A stretch of DNA of 64,000 nucleotides from Candidatus Latescibacterota bacterium (GTDB lineage Bacteria; Krumholzibacteriota; Krumholzibacteriia; JACNKJ01): the NCBI GenBank assembly GCA_020633725.1, contig JACKDC010000005.1, forward strand, positions 172,135 through 236,134. The letters run 5' to 3'. Made by a program: the position numbers and the translations under genes. The notes below the pieces were generated by a model that had not been told where the DNA came from, did no database searches, and worked only from the letters and a program-made list of their open reading frames with translations. Positions 9,445 to 20,741 of this stretch are shown one piece after another (position 1 is the stretch's first letter; each line of letters starts with the position of its first letter).

Positions 9445-10114
9445 GCCCCGCCACACGCACTGCATCCCCGTCGAGGGCCTGGGCGAGCTGGAGGCGCTGT
9501 CGCCGGAGCATCCCTGGCGGCGGCATCTGGCGGACTGCCCGCACTGCCGCGCGCTGCTGGCCGCCTACCGCGGCTTCGTGGACGGCGACGCCGCCCGGGC
9601 CGACGCCACGCGCGAGGCGCGGCTGGCGGCCTTCATCGAGCGGGAGATCGCGGGACAGGACCGGCCCGAGCCACACGGCCTCGCGCCGCGGCGGCGTCGC
9701 GGCCTGCCCCGCTGGCTGGCGCCGGCGCTGGGCGTCGCGGCGGTGGGGTTCATCGCCATCGGCCTCTGGCCGCACGCCGAGGGGCCGGAGCCCCGCCTGG
9801 GCGAGGCGCAGCGCGGTCCGAACCGGAGCGTGGACTCGCTGGTCGTCGCGACCCGTGCGGAGGGGGTGCTGCTGCGCTGGCAGGCGCCCGTGGACGGCGA
9901 GCGCGCCGAGGTGCTGGTCTTCGACGCCACCGTCAACCCGCGCGCCGCGTTTCGCGTGGGGGACGCCGACTCGCTGCTGCTGACGCGCGGCCGCCTCGAT
10001 TCGCTGCGAGCAGGGGGGGGCGCCCTCTACTGGCGCGTGCGCGTGGAAACGCCCGGCGGACCCGCCGAGTCCGCCCCGCAACCGCTGCCGGAGCCGCGCG
10101 ACCAGCGTCCCTAG
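9437..10114 (+). CDS. Anti-sigma factor, zinc-binding (ZAS, H-x3-C-x2-C), single-pass membrane protein
   Basis: HLADCPHC motif (nt 9524-9547), one TM segment (WLAPALGVAAVGFIAIGLW) and a ~110-aa C-terminal domain. It overlaps the sigma gene by 8 nt. Confidence 0.75.
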   Translation: MTEPRHTHCIPVEGLGELEALSPEHPWRRHLADCPHCRALLAAYRGFVDGDAARADATREARLAAFIEREIAGQDRPEPHGLAPRRRRGLPRWLAPALGVAAVGFIAIGLWPHAEGPEPRLGEAQRGPNRSVDSLVVATRAEGVLLRWQAPVDGERAEVLVFDATVNPRAAFRVGDADSLLLTRGRLDSLRAGGGALYWRVRVETPGGPAESAPQPLPEPRDQRP

Positions 10115-10124
10115 CCCCGTCCGG

Positions 10125-10496
10125 CTAGCACTCCGGATCGCCCGTGGGGCCCAGGTCGTCCAGCAGCTCTTCCAGGTCGCGGGTCTCTTCACCGCTGTTC
10201 GCCAGCCGCCGCGCCTGCGCGTAGTCGGCGTCGAGGTCGGCCTTGAAGCGCTCGGCCGTCTGGCGCGCCTGGCTTCCAGAGGCCATCCGGCGCTGCCGCA
10301 TGCGCCGCAGGAACGAGCGGTAGGGGTCTTCGCAGGTGTAGTCCTTGAGGGTGTAGCGCGCCACGAAGCGGCCGCAGGCGGCGCACTCCACGAAGACGTC
10401 CACGTCCTGCCCGGGGCGCATCAGCACCAGGTTGTGCATGGCGGTGCCGTCGCAGTGGGGGCAGTGCTCCCGCTTGGTCCTCACGTCCAGCTCCAC
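10125..10496 (-). CDS. Small zinc-ribbon protein (CxxC...CxxC), function unknown
   Basis: GTG start preceded by GGAGGTGGAG. Motifs CPHC and CAAC. It lies 24 nt downstream of the DASS transporter gene on the same strand. Confidence 0.6.
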   Translation of the reverse strand: MELDVRTKREHCPHCDGTAMHNLVLMRPGQDVDVFVECAACGRFVARYTLKDYTCEDPYRSFLRRMRQRRMASGSQARQTAERFKADLDADYAQARRLANSGEETRDLEELLDDLGPTGDPEC

Positions 10497-10520
10497 GCTC
10501 CACCTCCGTCGGGACGGGGT

Positions 10521-11897
10521 CTAGGGTACCGCCGGGAAGAGCCCCGGCAACCAGCGAAAGACGGCGCTCTCGTAGAGCACCGTGAGCAGAATCCCCAGCA
10601 CGGTGATCAGCGCGCCCACGCGGGCCATGTCGCGAACGCTGAGTCGCTCCGATCCATAGGCGATGGCGTTGGGAGGGGTGCTGATGGGCAGCGCCATGCC
10701 CAGGCTCGCGCAGAGCGCGGCCGCCACGCCCATGCGGGCCGGCCAGGCCGCGGCCACCGTGAGCGCCAGGGGCAGGATGACGTTCGCGCTCGCCGTGTGG
10801 CTGATCACCGTTGCCAGCAGCGCCATGGCCGCGCCCACGATGGCCAGGGCGGCCAGCGGCGGCAGGCCGTCGAGGGCGAGCACGCGCACGACGCTCTCGC
10901 CGAGCCCCGTGGCCTGAATCCCCACGCCCAGGGCGAGCCCGCCGCCGATGAGCAGCAGGATGTCCCAGGCCAGGTCGCGCAGGTGCTCCTTGTCGAAGAG
11001 CCCCGCCACGCTGAAGACGCAGACCGGCAGCAGCGCCACCAGGGCCGAGGGGATGTGGTGGACGGCGTCGCTCAGCCAGAGCAGCACGGTCACGGCGAAG
11101 GTGCCGTAGACCAGCCCGCGCCGCGACGCCGGCCCGCCCGCGGGCAGGTCCAGCGTGAAGGCGCTTCCACCCAGCGGGAAGAAGGCGAGCAGCAGCGCGT
11201 AGGCGATGGCGAGCATGAGCAGCATCAGCGGAAAGGCGCCGGCCATCCAGGCGAGGAAGGACAGGTGCACGCCGCGGTCGGCCAGCAGCCCGATGGCGAT
11301 GGCGTTGGGCGGCGTGCCGATGGGCGTGCCCATCCCGCCGATGTTGGCCGCGAAGGGGATGCCGAGCAGGAAGGCGCGCGCCAGCGGGCTCTCCCGGGGC
11401 AGGCCCCGCACCAGGGGCAGCAGGCTCGCCACCATGATCGCCGTGGTGGCCGTGTTGGACATCCACATGGACATGCCTGCGGTGAGCAGCATGACGCCCA
11501 GCAGCACCCGGCGCGGGCGCAGCCCGAAGCGCGCGAGGCAGAAGCGCGAGAACTCGAGGTCGAGGTTCTGGCGGCTGAAGACGCGGGCCATCACGAAGCC
11601 GCCGAACATGAGGACGACCACGGGACTGGCGAAGGGGGTGAGGAAGAGGCGGTAGTCCAGCGCCGGCGCCCCGAAGCTGGGTCCCAGCGGCCCCAGGAGC
11701 AGGGCGCTGGCGAAGGCCGTGACCACGCCCGTCACGTAGAGGGGCACGGGCTCGGTGATCCACCAGTGCACCGCGAAGACGAAGACGCCGGCCATGATCC
11801 GCTGCGCGGACGGCAGTCCGCCGAGGAGGCTGGCCACGAACAGGCCGAGCAGAGGGCCGGCGGCCAGTGCGACCTGCCGGCGTCGCTGGGGAGACAT
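10521..11897 (-). CDS. SLC13/DASS family anion:sodium symporter
   Basis: Polytopic membrane protein with duplicated SNTATTAIM / GTPPNAIA / STPPNAIAYG hairpin motifs typical of DASS permeases. Confidence 0.85.
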   Translation of the reverse strand: MSPQRRRQVALAAGPLLGLFVASLLGGLPSAQRIMAGVFVFAVHWWITEPVPLYVTGVVTAFASALLLGPLGPSFGAPALDYRLFLTPFASPVVVLMFGGFVMARVFSRQNLDLEFSRFCLARFGLRPRRVLLGVMLLTAGMSMWMSNTATTAIMVASLLPLVRGLPRESPLARAFLLGIPFAANIGGMGTPIGTPPNAIAIGLLADRGVHLSFLAWMAGAFPLMLLMLAIAYALLLAFFPLGGSAFTLDLPAGGPASRRGLVYGTFAVTVLLWLSDAVHHIPSALVALLPVCVFSVAGLFDKEHLRDLAWDILLLIGGGLALGVGIQATGLGESVVRVLALDGLPPLAALAIVGAAMALLATVISHTASANVILPLALTVAAAWPARMGVAAALCASLGMALPISTPPNAIAYGSERLSVRDMARVGALITVLGILLTVLYESAVFRWLPGLFPAVP

Positions 11898-11966
11898 GCT
11901 TCACCCCCGGGACCGAACCGCGGCCAATATAGACGCTCGCGCGCGGCGGGCAAGCCCGGCATGCAC

Positions 11967-11995
11967 TTGAACATTTCCGTCATCCTGGGTAGTTT
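11967..11995 (+). promoter_or_regulatory. Candidate sigma70-type promoter for acnA (TTGAAC-N17-TAGTTT)
   Basis: Hexamers with 17-nt spacing in the divergent intergenic region. Confidence 0.3.
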
Positions 11996-12084
11996 TGCGA
12001 CGTGTTCGGCCGGCGCGCGGCGAGAGCGTCGAGGGCCGCCGGCCGAGACGGGACGACTCCCGAACGACAGTGACGAGGGGACGC

Positions 12085-14760
<2,676 letters not shown>

Positions 14761-14802
14761 CGCCGCGTCCAGACGGATTTGGACTCCGCATATCCGAATT
14801 CC

Positions 14803-14842
14803 ATCGCCCCGGCAGAAATCGACGCTGCCGGGGCGATTATCT
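14803..14842 (+). terminator. Rho-independent terminator after acnA
   Basis: 13-bp stem ATCGCCCCGGCAG / CTGCCGGGGCGAT with a 9-nt loop and a weak T-containing tail. Confidence 0.55.
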
Positions 14843-14861
14843 AGGAATCGGACTGTTATCC

Positions 14862-14877
14862 TGGAACCAAAGCTGCT
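14862..14877 (+). promoter_or_regulatory. Possible sigma54-type -24/-12 element (TGGAAC-N5-CTGCT)
   Basis: GG and GC are separated by 10 nt, about 90 nt upstream of the ATG at 14966. No enhancer-binding protein gene is present in the window. Confidence 0.2.
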
Positions 14878-14965
14878 TTACTTGCATCGAAGGGCCGAGT
14901 GTCCCGAGGTGGACGCCGATTCCTTCACGACGCGAACCGTGGACCTTCAAGCCCTGGGAGAACCC

Positions 14966-15634
14966 ATGCGCAAGAACCTTCTCCTGCCCAGCCTCGCCGC
15001 CATCGCACTGCTGACCCTTGGCTCGGGGCTCGCCCTGGCCTGCGGAGGCGCCAAGACCACCAGCACCGCCAGCGCGGCCGGTTCGGCCTGCGCGAGCAAG
15101 GCCGACGTGAGCACCGCGAGCTACCCCTCCGGCTGCTCGGCCGCCTGCGCCGAGGCCTGTGCCGGCGCCAAGACCGCGAGCGCCGCGGGCCACTGCGGCG
15201 GCGCGGCCATGTCGAGCGCCGGCGCCGATCACTGCAACGGTGCGGCCATGAAGACTGCCGGCGCCGCCTGCGCGGCCAAGGGCGACTTCTTCGTCAGCAA
15301 CTACGTCGCCCTGACGGCGGCCATGAACAAGCACTGCAGCATGAGCACCAGCGCGGCGGCCCAGGCCTGGCACGCCGGTGTGGAGAAGCTGCTCGTCAAC
15401 GCGGGCGACGCCACCAAGCGCGAGAACCTGAACACGCTGGCCGGCTACCTGGCCGACTGGCCGAGCGACGCCAGCGCGGCGGATGCCCGCTATCGCGCGA
15501 TCTCCGAGTGGACCGCCGGTTACTGCCAGCTCAATCCCGAGCAGACCAGCGGCGCGAAGGTCGTGACCTGTCCCGTGTCCGGCCGCCGCTGGGTGGAGAT
15601 GGAGACCGCCGCGACCGGCGACAGCCAGTCCTAG
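14966..15634 (+). CDS. Cys-rich lipoprotein with tandem H-C-x-G-A-A-M motifs, function unknown
   Basis: Lipobox LALAC, 11 Cys, low-complexity A/S/G/C N-terminal third, repeats GHCGGAAM / DHCNGAAM. GGGAG RBS. Confidence 0.65.
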   Translation: MRKNLLLPSLAAIALLTLGSGLALACGGAKTTSTASAAGSACASKADVSTASYPSGCSAACAEACAGAKTASAAGHCGGAAMSSAGADHCNGAAMKTAGAACAAKGDFFVSNYVALTAAMNKHCSMSTSAAAQAWHAGVEKLLVNAGDATKRENLNTLAGYLADWPSDASAADARYRAISEWTAGYCQLNPEQTSGAKVVTCPVSGRRWVEMETAATGDSQS

Positions 15635-15746
15635 CGACAACGACTCAACGGAGCGCCCCCTCATCGCATCCGTTCCGGCGCCCCCCTGCACGCGAGGGGG
15701 GCGCCGTCTTGTTGCGCCCATCCGCTCGGACCGCTACGCTGCTCCC

Positions 15747-16430
15747 ATGTCCGCACCTCGATCGCAGTCCTCGCCCTGGAAGCCGCGCGAAGGCAAGGCC
15801 CGACGCGCCGCGCGCGCCGCGCGCGTCTTCGGCGCGCTGGATGCCCTCTACCCCGACGCCCACTGCAGCCTGGACTTCCGCAGCCCCTATCAGCTCTGGG
15901 TGGCCACGGTGCTCAGCGCGCAGTGCACCGACGAGCGCGTCAACCGGGTGACGCCGGCGCTCTTCGCCGCCGCGCCGGACGTGGACGCCCTCGACGCCCT
16001 GCCCGCCGGGCGCGTGGAGGACCTCATCCGCAGCACGGGCTTCTTCCGCAACAAGGCGCGCAACCTCAAGGCCGCGGCGGCGCGGATCCGCGCGGAGCAC
16101 GGCGGCCGTCTGCCCGACACCCTCGACGAACTCACGGCGCTGCCCGGCGTGGGGCGCAAGACGGCGAACGTCATCCTGGGCAACGCCTGGGGGGTGCCGG
16201 GCTTTCCCGTGGACACGCACGTGGGACGCCTCGCCCGGCGGCTCGGCCTGACGCCCCACGAGGATCCCGTGAAGGTGGAGATGGATCTCTGCGCGCTGGC
16301 GCCGCCGGAGCGCTGGACGCGGCTCAGCCACCAGCTGATCCAGCACGGGCGGCTCGTCTGCCAGGCGCGCAAGGCGCGCTGCGAGGACTGCGCGCTGGCG
16401 CCCGACTGTCCGTCGGCGGCGCCGGCCTAG
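15747..16430 (+). CDS. nth: Endonuclease III
   Basis: HhH-GPD motif LPGVGRKTANVILG, VDTHV, and C-terminal 4Fe-4S Cys cluster C-x6-C-x2-C-x5-C. Confidence 0.9.
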   Translation: MSAPRSQSSPWKPREGKARRAARAARVFGALDALYPDAHCSLDFRSPYQLWVATVLSAQCTDERVNRVTPALFAAAPDVDALDALPAGRVEDLIRSTGFFRNKARNLKAAAARIRAEHGGRLPDTLDELTALPGVGRKTANVILGNAWGVPGFPVDTHVGRLARRLGLTPHEDPVKVEMDLCALAPPERWTRLSHQLIQHGRLVCQARKARCEDCALAPDCPSAAPA

Positions 16431-18460
16431 TCGCCGGCGAGGAAGACGAGCTTGCGCGTCTCGCTGTAGTCGCCCAGCCGCACCCTGAGGAAGTAGACGC
16501 CGCCCGCCTGGAGGGCGCCGTCGTCGTCGCGCCCGCGCCAGTCGACGTTCAGGGCGCCGGCCTCGTGATGGCCGTCGAAGAGGCTCTCGACGCGGCGGCC
16601 GAGCACGTCCACGACCTCCACCGTCAACGGTCCGCTTCGCCGCAGCGCGAGGCTGATGCTCGTGCCGAAGCTGCCGCTGAAGGGATTGGGATAGGGGTCG
16701 AGGAGGGCGAGCGGGGCGTCGAGCGCGGGGCCGGGGATCGCGTTGTGCAGCAGGCGGTGGTCGGGGTCGAGCGTGAGGTCCGTCGGTTCGGTCGCGAAGG
16801 TCCACGTGTAGCGATTGATCGCCTCGCTCGGCGCCACGCGCTGCATGATGGGATCGCCGCTCGCGAACCCCACCTGCAGATCCAGGGAGTCGGAGAAGAG
16901 CTCGCCACCCTGGACCTGCTGCAGCTCCACGCTGAGCTCCCACTCGCCGCCGACGTTCGCGGCGTCCCAGGCCCAGGCGTAGACGGGGCGGCCCGTCCCG
17001 TAGAGCCAGCGCTGGAAGAACTGGTCGAGCGCGGAGCCCTCGGCGGGCGCGCTGTGGGCCTTCGCCGCGTCGATGAAGTCCTGCGTGCCCGCGATGCCGC
17101 CGGGAGGATCGGACGCGGCCCAGTCCTGGAGCAGGGTGAAGAAGGCCGCGTCGCCCATCCGCTGGCGAAGCATGTGCAGCACCCAGGCGCCCTTCCAGTA
17201 GACGGTGGTGTTGAACGTGTACTCGGGGTCCACGATCGTCCCCGAGAAGAGGATGTCGCTGGGCAGACGGCGGTAGCGGAACAGGTACTCACCCGCCGCG
17301 TAGCGCCCGAGGTGCTCGTAGTAGAGCGCCTCGGCGTAGGTGGCGAAGCCCTCGTTGAGCCAGATGTCCTCCCAGGTGGCGGGGCTGATCCGGTCGCCGA
17401 ACCACTGGTGCGCCAGCTCGTGGGGCTGGACGTAGTTCGCGCTGTCGCCGGAGGCGATGCTCGCGCTGCCGATACTGCTGATCGTCTGGTGCTCCATGCC
17501 GCCGCCGAAGCTGAACTCCGCCACGCCGTACTTCTCGTCCTCGAAGGGGTACTCGCCGAAGTGGCCGCGGAAGGCGTCGAGCATGTCGCTGATGAGCGGC
17601 AGGTTGCGCTGCGCCTCGTCCTCGTGGTGCGGCCGGATGAACCACTGCAGCGGCATCGTCGCGCCGCCGCCGAGGTCGTAGCTCTCGGTCCAGGGCGTGC
17701 CGTCGCCCGCCGCGACGAAGGGCGCGATGGTGATCGAGACGAGGTAGGTGGCGATGGGGTGCCGCTCGCGCCAGCGGTAGGTGCGCATGCCCGCGCTCGC
17801 GTCGATCCCCTCCAGCACGCCGTTGGAGGCGACGACCATCGAATCCGGCACCGTGATCGCCAGCGCCAGCGAGTCGGGCTTGTGCGTCAGGCGGTCGATG
17901 CAGGGCCACCAGGCGCCGGCGTTCTGCGTTTCGGTCATGGTCTGGCAGCTGCGGAAGCGGTTGCCGTCGTCGTCCTGGTACTCGGGGAACCAGAAGGCGC
18001 CGAAGTCGGTCTGGTTGGGCAGGGCGACGTAGTCCACTTCCACCACGGACTCCACGCCCACCGTGGCGCCCGGCGTCGCGATGGAGAGCGTGGCGTCGTC
18101 GAGGCGGCGCCAGAGCGCCGGGCTGCCGTCCACGCGCACCGCGCTGGGGGTGAGCGTGTCCAGGGCGTCGAGGACCAGGCTGTCCACCGCAGCGACGGGG
18201 GTCACGTAGGCGGTGACGGTGCCGTCGAGCTGGAGCGCGGCGAAGTCCACGGTCGCGTCGATGGTGTAGTAGCGGACGTCCCACTCGGTCTGCCCGGCCT
18301 GCCCCTCCCCGCTGCGCTCGCCCAGCTGGGCGCGGAAACCGCAGCGCGGGACGGCGTTCGGCCCGCCCAGCAGGACCTTGTCGGTGCTCGGCGCTTCCTG
18401 GGCCAGCGCCGCGCCGGCGAGGACGGCGAGCAGCACGATGGCGACGCGGACGCGGGTCAT
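16427..18460 (-). CDS. M1-family zinc aminopeptidase with T9SS-type C-terminal domain
   Basis: HELAHQWFGD plus WLNEGFATY, signal peptide, tail YPNPFSG...GVYFLRVRLG...KLVFLAGD. AAGGAGG RBS. Confidence 0.85.
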   Translation of the reverse strand: MTRVRVAIVLLAVLAGAALAQEAPSTDKVLLGGPNAVPRCGFRAQLGERSGEGQAGQTEWDVRYYTIDATVDFAALQLDGTVTAYVTPVAAVDSLVLDALDTLTPSAVRVDGSPALWRRLDDATLSIATPGATVGVESVVEVDYVALPNQTDFGAFWFPEYQDDDGNRFRSCQTMTETQNAGAWWPCIDRLTHKPDSLALAITVPDSMVVASNGVLEGIDASAGMRTYRWRERHPIATYLVSITIAPFVAAGDGTPWTESYDLGGGATMPLQWFIRPHHEDEAQRNLPLISDMLDAFRGHFGEYPFEDEKYGVAEFSFGGGMEHQTISSIGSASIASGDSANYVQPHELAHQWFGDRISPATWEDIWLNEGFATYAEALYYEHLGRYAAGEYLFRYRRLPSDILFSGTIVDPEYTFNTTVYWKGAWVLHMLRQRMGDAAFFTLLQDWAASDPPGGIAGTQDFIDAAKAHSAPAEGSALDQFFQRWLYGTGRPVYAWAWDAANVGGEWELSVELQQVQGGELFSDSLDLQVGFASGDPIMQRVAPSEAINRYTWTFATEPTDLTLDPDHRLLHNAIPGPALDAPLALLDPYPNPFSGSFGTSISLALRRSGPLTVEVVDVLGRRVESLFDGHHEAGALNVDWRGRDDDGALQAGGVYFLRVRLGDYSETRKLVFLAGD

Positions 18461-18547
18461 GGCGGGGCCTCCTTCGCGGCGATGTCGGTGGGGCAGGTCA
18501 AGCCTAGCACGGCCCCGTGGCCCGCGCCAACGGCCAAGCGCGATGGA

Positions 18548-19399
18548 TCAGAGCGTCACGAGCAGGCCGACGGAGAGGCGCACACCCACGAGGTCCAGCG
18601 GATAGGAGCCGCCGAGGATGTCGTTGGTGCCCCAGTCCTCGATGGCCGCCGGGTCGATGACCCCTTCCCGCGCGAGGTACTGGAGCGAGCCCTCGTAGTC
18701 GAAGGTCTGACGGATGTCGCCCATGATGCCCTGGATCTCGGCGTTGATGGACATGCGCGAGGCGAAGCGGTAGATCAGGCCGGCCAGCCCCATGTAGGCG
18801 AGCGTGGTGTCGGTGGCCTTCACCTCGAAGTGCCGATCGGGCAGGGGGACGTCCTCCGCGTCGGTCACGCCGCCGACGTTCAGCAGGTCGATGCCGAGAC
18901 GGCTGTCGGCGGCCATGATGCCGACGCCGAAGCCCACGTAGGGCTGCAGCAGCTCGCTGCGCACGAACTCCAGTCCGTAGTGCAGCGTCAGGTCCAGCTC
19001 GTGGAGGCGGGTCTTGAGTTCGCGCGGCGAGGACCAGCCGCGCGGATCGAAGGTCGCCGCGCTCGAGTAGCTCGAGGTGCTGTAGGTGGCCGCGAAGCTG
19101 ATGGCGCGCCGGTAGCGCCAGAACGCGCGCAGGCCCACCGGGAGTCCGGAGTCGAAGTCGCCGATGCGCGTGCCCGGGTCGCTGCCCATCACGGCCATGA
19201 TGTCGTTGGTCCTGAACAGCAGGTTCGAGTGGCTGGGTCCGGCGTAGGTGGCCACCATCGCGCCGACGCTCCAGCGTGGACCGGTGGGCATCAGGGACTC
19301 GCTGCCGGCCCCGGGCGGCGAAGTCGCGGAGGCCGAGCTGGCCGAGACGACGAGGGCACAGAGAGCGAGCAGGCGAAGCAAGGGCAGCCGTCGGCGCAT
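18548..19399 (-). CDS. Outer-membrane beta-barrel protein (porin-like), function unknown
   Basis: Signal peptide MRRRLPLLRLLALCALVVSASSASA, alternating amphipathic strands, AGGAGG RBS. The internal ATG at 19399 is preferred over the ORF-track start. Confidence 0.6.
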   Translation of the reverse strand: MRRRLPLLRLLALCALVVSASSASATSPPGAGSESLMPTGPRWSVGAMVATYAGPSHSNLLFRTNDIMAVMGSDPGTRIGDFDSGLPVGLRAFWRYRRAISFAATYSTSSYSSAATFDPRGWSSPRELKTRLHELDLTLHYGLEFVRSELLQPYVGFGVGIMAADSRLGIDLLNVGGVTDAEDVPLPDRHFEVKATDTTLAYMGLAGLIYRFASRMSINAEIQGIMGDIRQTFDYEGSLQYLAREGVIDPAAIEDWGTNDILGGSYPLDLVGVRLSVGLLVTL

Positions 19400-19448
19400 C
19401 GTTCCTCCTTGGGGACCCCGGAAAGGTAATGGCCGCAGGACCTTGGAA

Positions 19449-20741
19449 TCAAGCGGGTTCCGGCGGCAGGGCGCCCCGCGCCGCGTCGAGGAAGTCCATG
19501 CTGCGCTCGACCGCACCGGCGCCCGCCCGCACGAAGTCCAGGGCGGCGCGACCGGCCGCGCCGCGCGCCTGCGGATCCAGCAGCGCCCGCCAGCGGGCGA
19601 GCAGCGACGGGCCGTCCTCCACCACGTAGCCGCCGCCTGCCTCCACGAGCCGCCGCGCCTCGTCGGCCCGGCCGATCCTCGGCCCCAGCAGCACGGGCAG
19701 GCCGCGCGCCGCGGGCTCGAGCACGCTGTGCACGCCGCGGCCGAAGCCGCCGCCCACCAGTGCGATCTCGCCCGCCGCGTAGAGCTCGGGCAGGATCCCC
19801 ACGCGATCGGCGACGCAGACGCCGCCGTCGGCCAGGGCCGGCCGCTCGCTCAGCGTCCAGAGCGGAAGCTGGCGCGCGGCGGCGCTCCGCCGCAGGCGCG
19901 CGACGGCCTCCGCCGCGGGCTCGTGCGGCACGAGCAGCAGCCGCAGGTCGGAGCGCTCGTCGAGAAGCGCGCGGAAGGCGTCCAGCAGCATGTCCTCCTC
20001 GGGCGGCCAGGAGCTGCCGGCGACGAGACAGGCGCCGCCCGCCGCGCCACCAGTGCCACCCAGGGGCGAGGGCCTGCCCTCGGCCACGCGCGCCAGCACG
20101 CGGTCGAAGCGGGTGTCGCCGGTGACGGCGACGCGCCCCGCCGGCACGCCGAGCGCGGCGAAGGCGAGCGCGTCGCGTTCGCTGGCGGCGCCGACGCCGG
20201 CGAGGCGAGCGTGCAGCGGCACGGCGAGCAGACGTCCCGGCCAGCGCGCGCGCCCCGAGTCCGGGCTCAGCACGCCGCCCAGGAGCAGGGCCGGGCAGCC
20301 CTCGCGCTCGGCCTCGAGCACGAGGTTGGGCCAGAGGTCCCACTTCACGGCGGCGACGGCGTCGGGCCGCAGCGCGTCCAGCAGGCGGCGCATGGCCCGC
20401 GGCGTGTCGGCGGGCAGGGGGCCGACGACGTCCGCCGCGGCCACGCTCTCCACGGCCCGGCGCGCGGACGGCGACGCCACCGTGAGCATCAGTGCGGCGT
20501 CGGGGTAGCGCGCGCGCAGGCCGTCCAGGATGGGCCGCGCCTGCTCCAGCTCGCCCGCGCTGGCCGCGTGCAGCCAGAGGCGGGGCGAACGGGCGCGCAG
20601 CGCGGCGAGCGCCTGCCGGTCGAGGGGCGCCTCGCGGCGCCAGGCCAGCTGCGCGCGCAGCTTGGGCGCGAAGGGCGCCGCCAGGGGCAGCAGCGCGGCG
20701 GCCACTGGCGAGAGCGCGCGATAGAGCCCGAGCACGCTCAC
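19449..20741 (-). CDS. waaA: 3-deoxy-D-manno-octulosonic acid (Kdo) transferase
   Basis: WLHAASAGELEQARPIL and C-terminal GGSF/GG.HS-type glycosyltransferase motifs. The GTG start at 20741 overlaps the stop of the upstream GT9 gene (GTGA). Confidence 0.85.
   Translation of the reverse strand: MSVLGLYRALSPVAAALLPLAAPFAPKLRAQLAWRREAPLDRQALAALRARSPRLWLHAASAGELEQARPILDGLRARYPDAALMLTVASPSARRAVESVAAADVVGPLPADTPRAMRRLLDALRPDAVAAVKWDLWPNLVLEAEREGCPALLLGGVLSPDSGRARWPGRLLAVPLHARLAGVGAASERDALAFAALGVPAGRVAVTGDTRFDRVLARVAEGRPSPLGGTGGAAGGACLVAGSSWPPEEDMLLDAFRALLDERSDLRLLLVPHEPAAEAVARLRRSAAARQLPLWTLSERPALADGGVCVADRVGILPELYAAGEIALVGGGFGRGVHSVLEPAARGLPVLLGPRIGRADEARRLVEAGGGYVVEDGPSLLARWRALLDPQARGAAGRAALDFVRAGAGAVERSMDFLDAARGALPPEPA

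Noticed and set aside
15923-19429. 1168-aa + strand ORF spanning nth, the M1 peptidase and the porin-like gene.
   Set aside because: It runs out of frame through nth and antisense to two well-supported minus-strand genes (HELAHQWFGD peptidase, signal-peptide barrel). Its composition is low-complexity.
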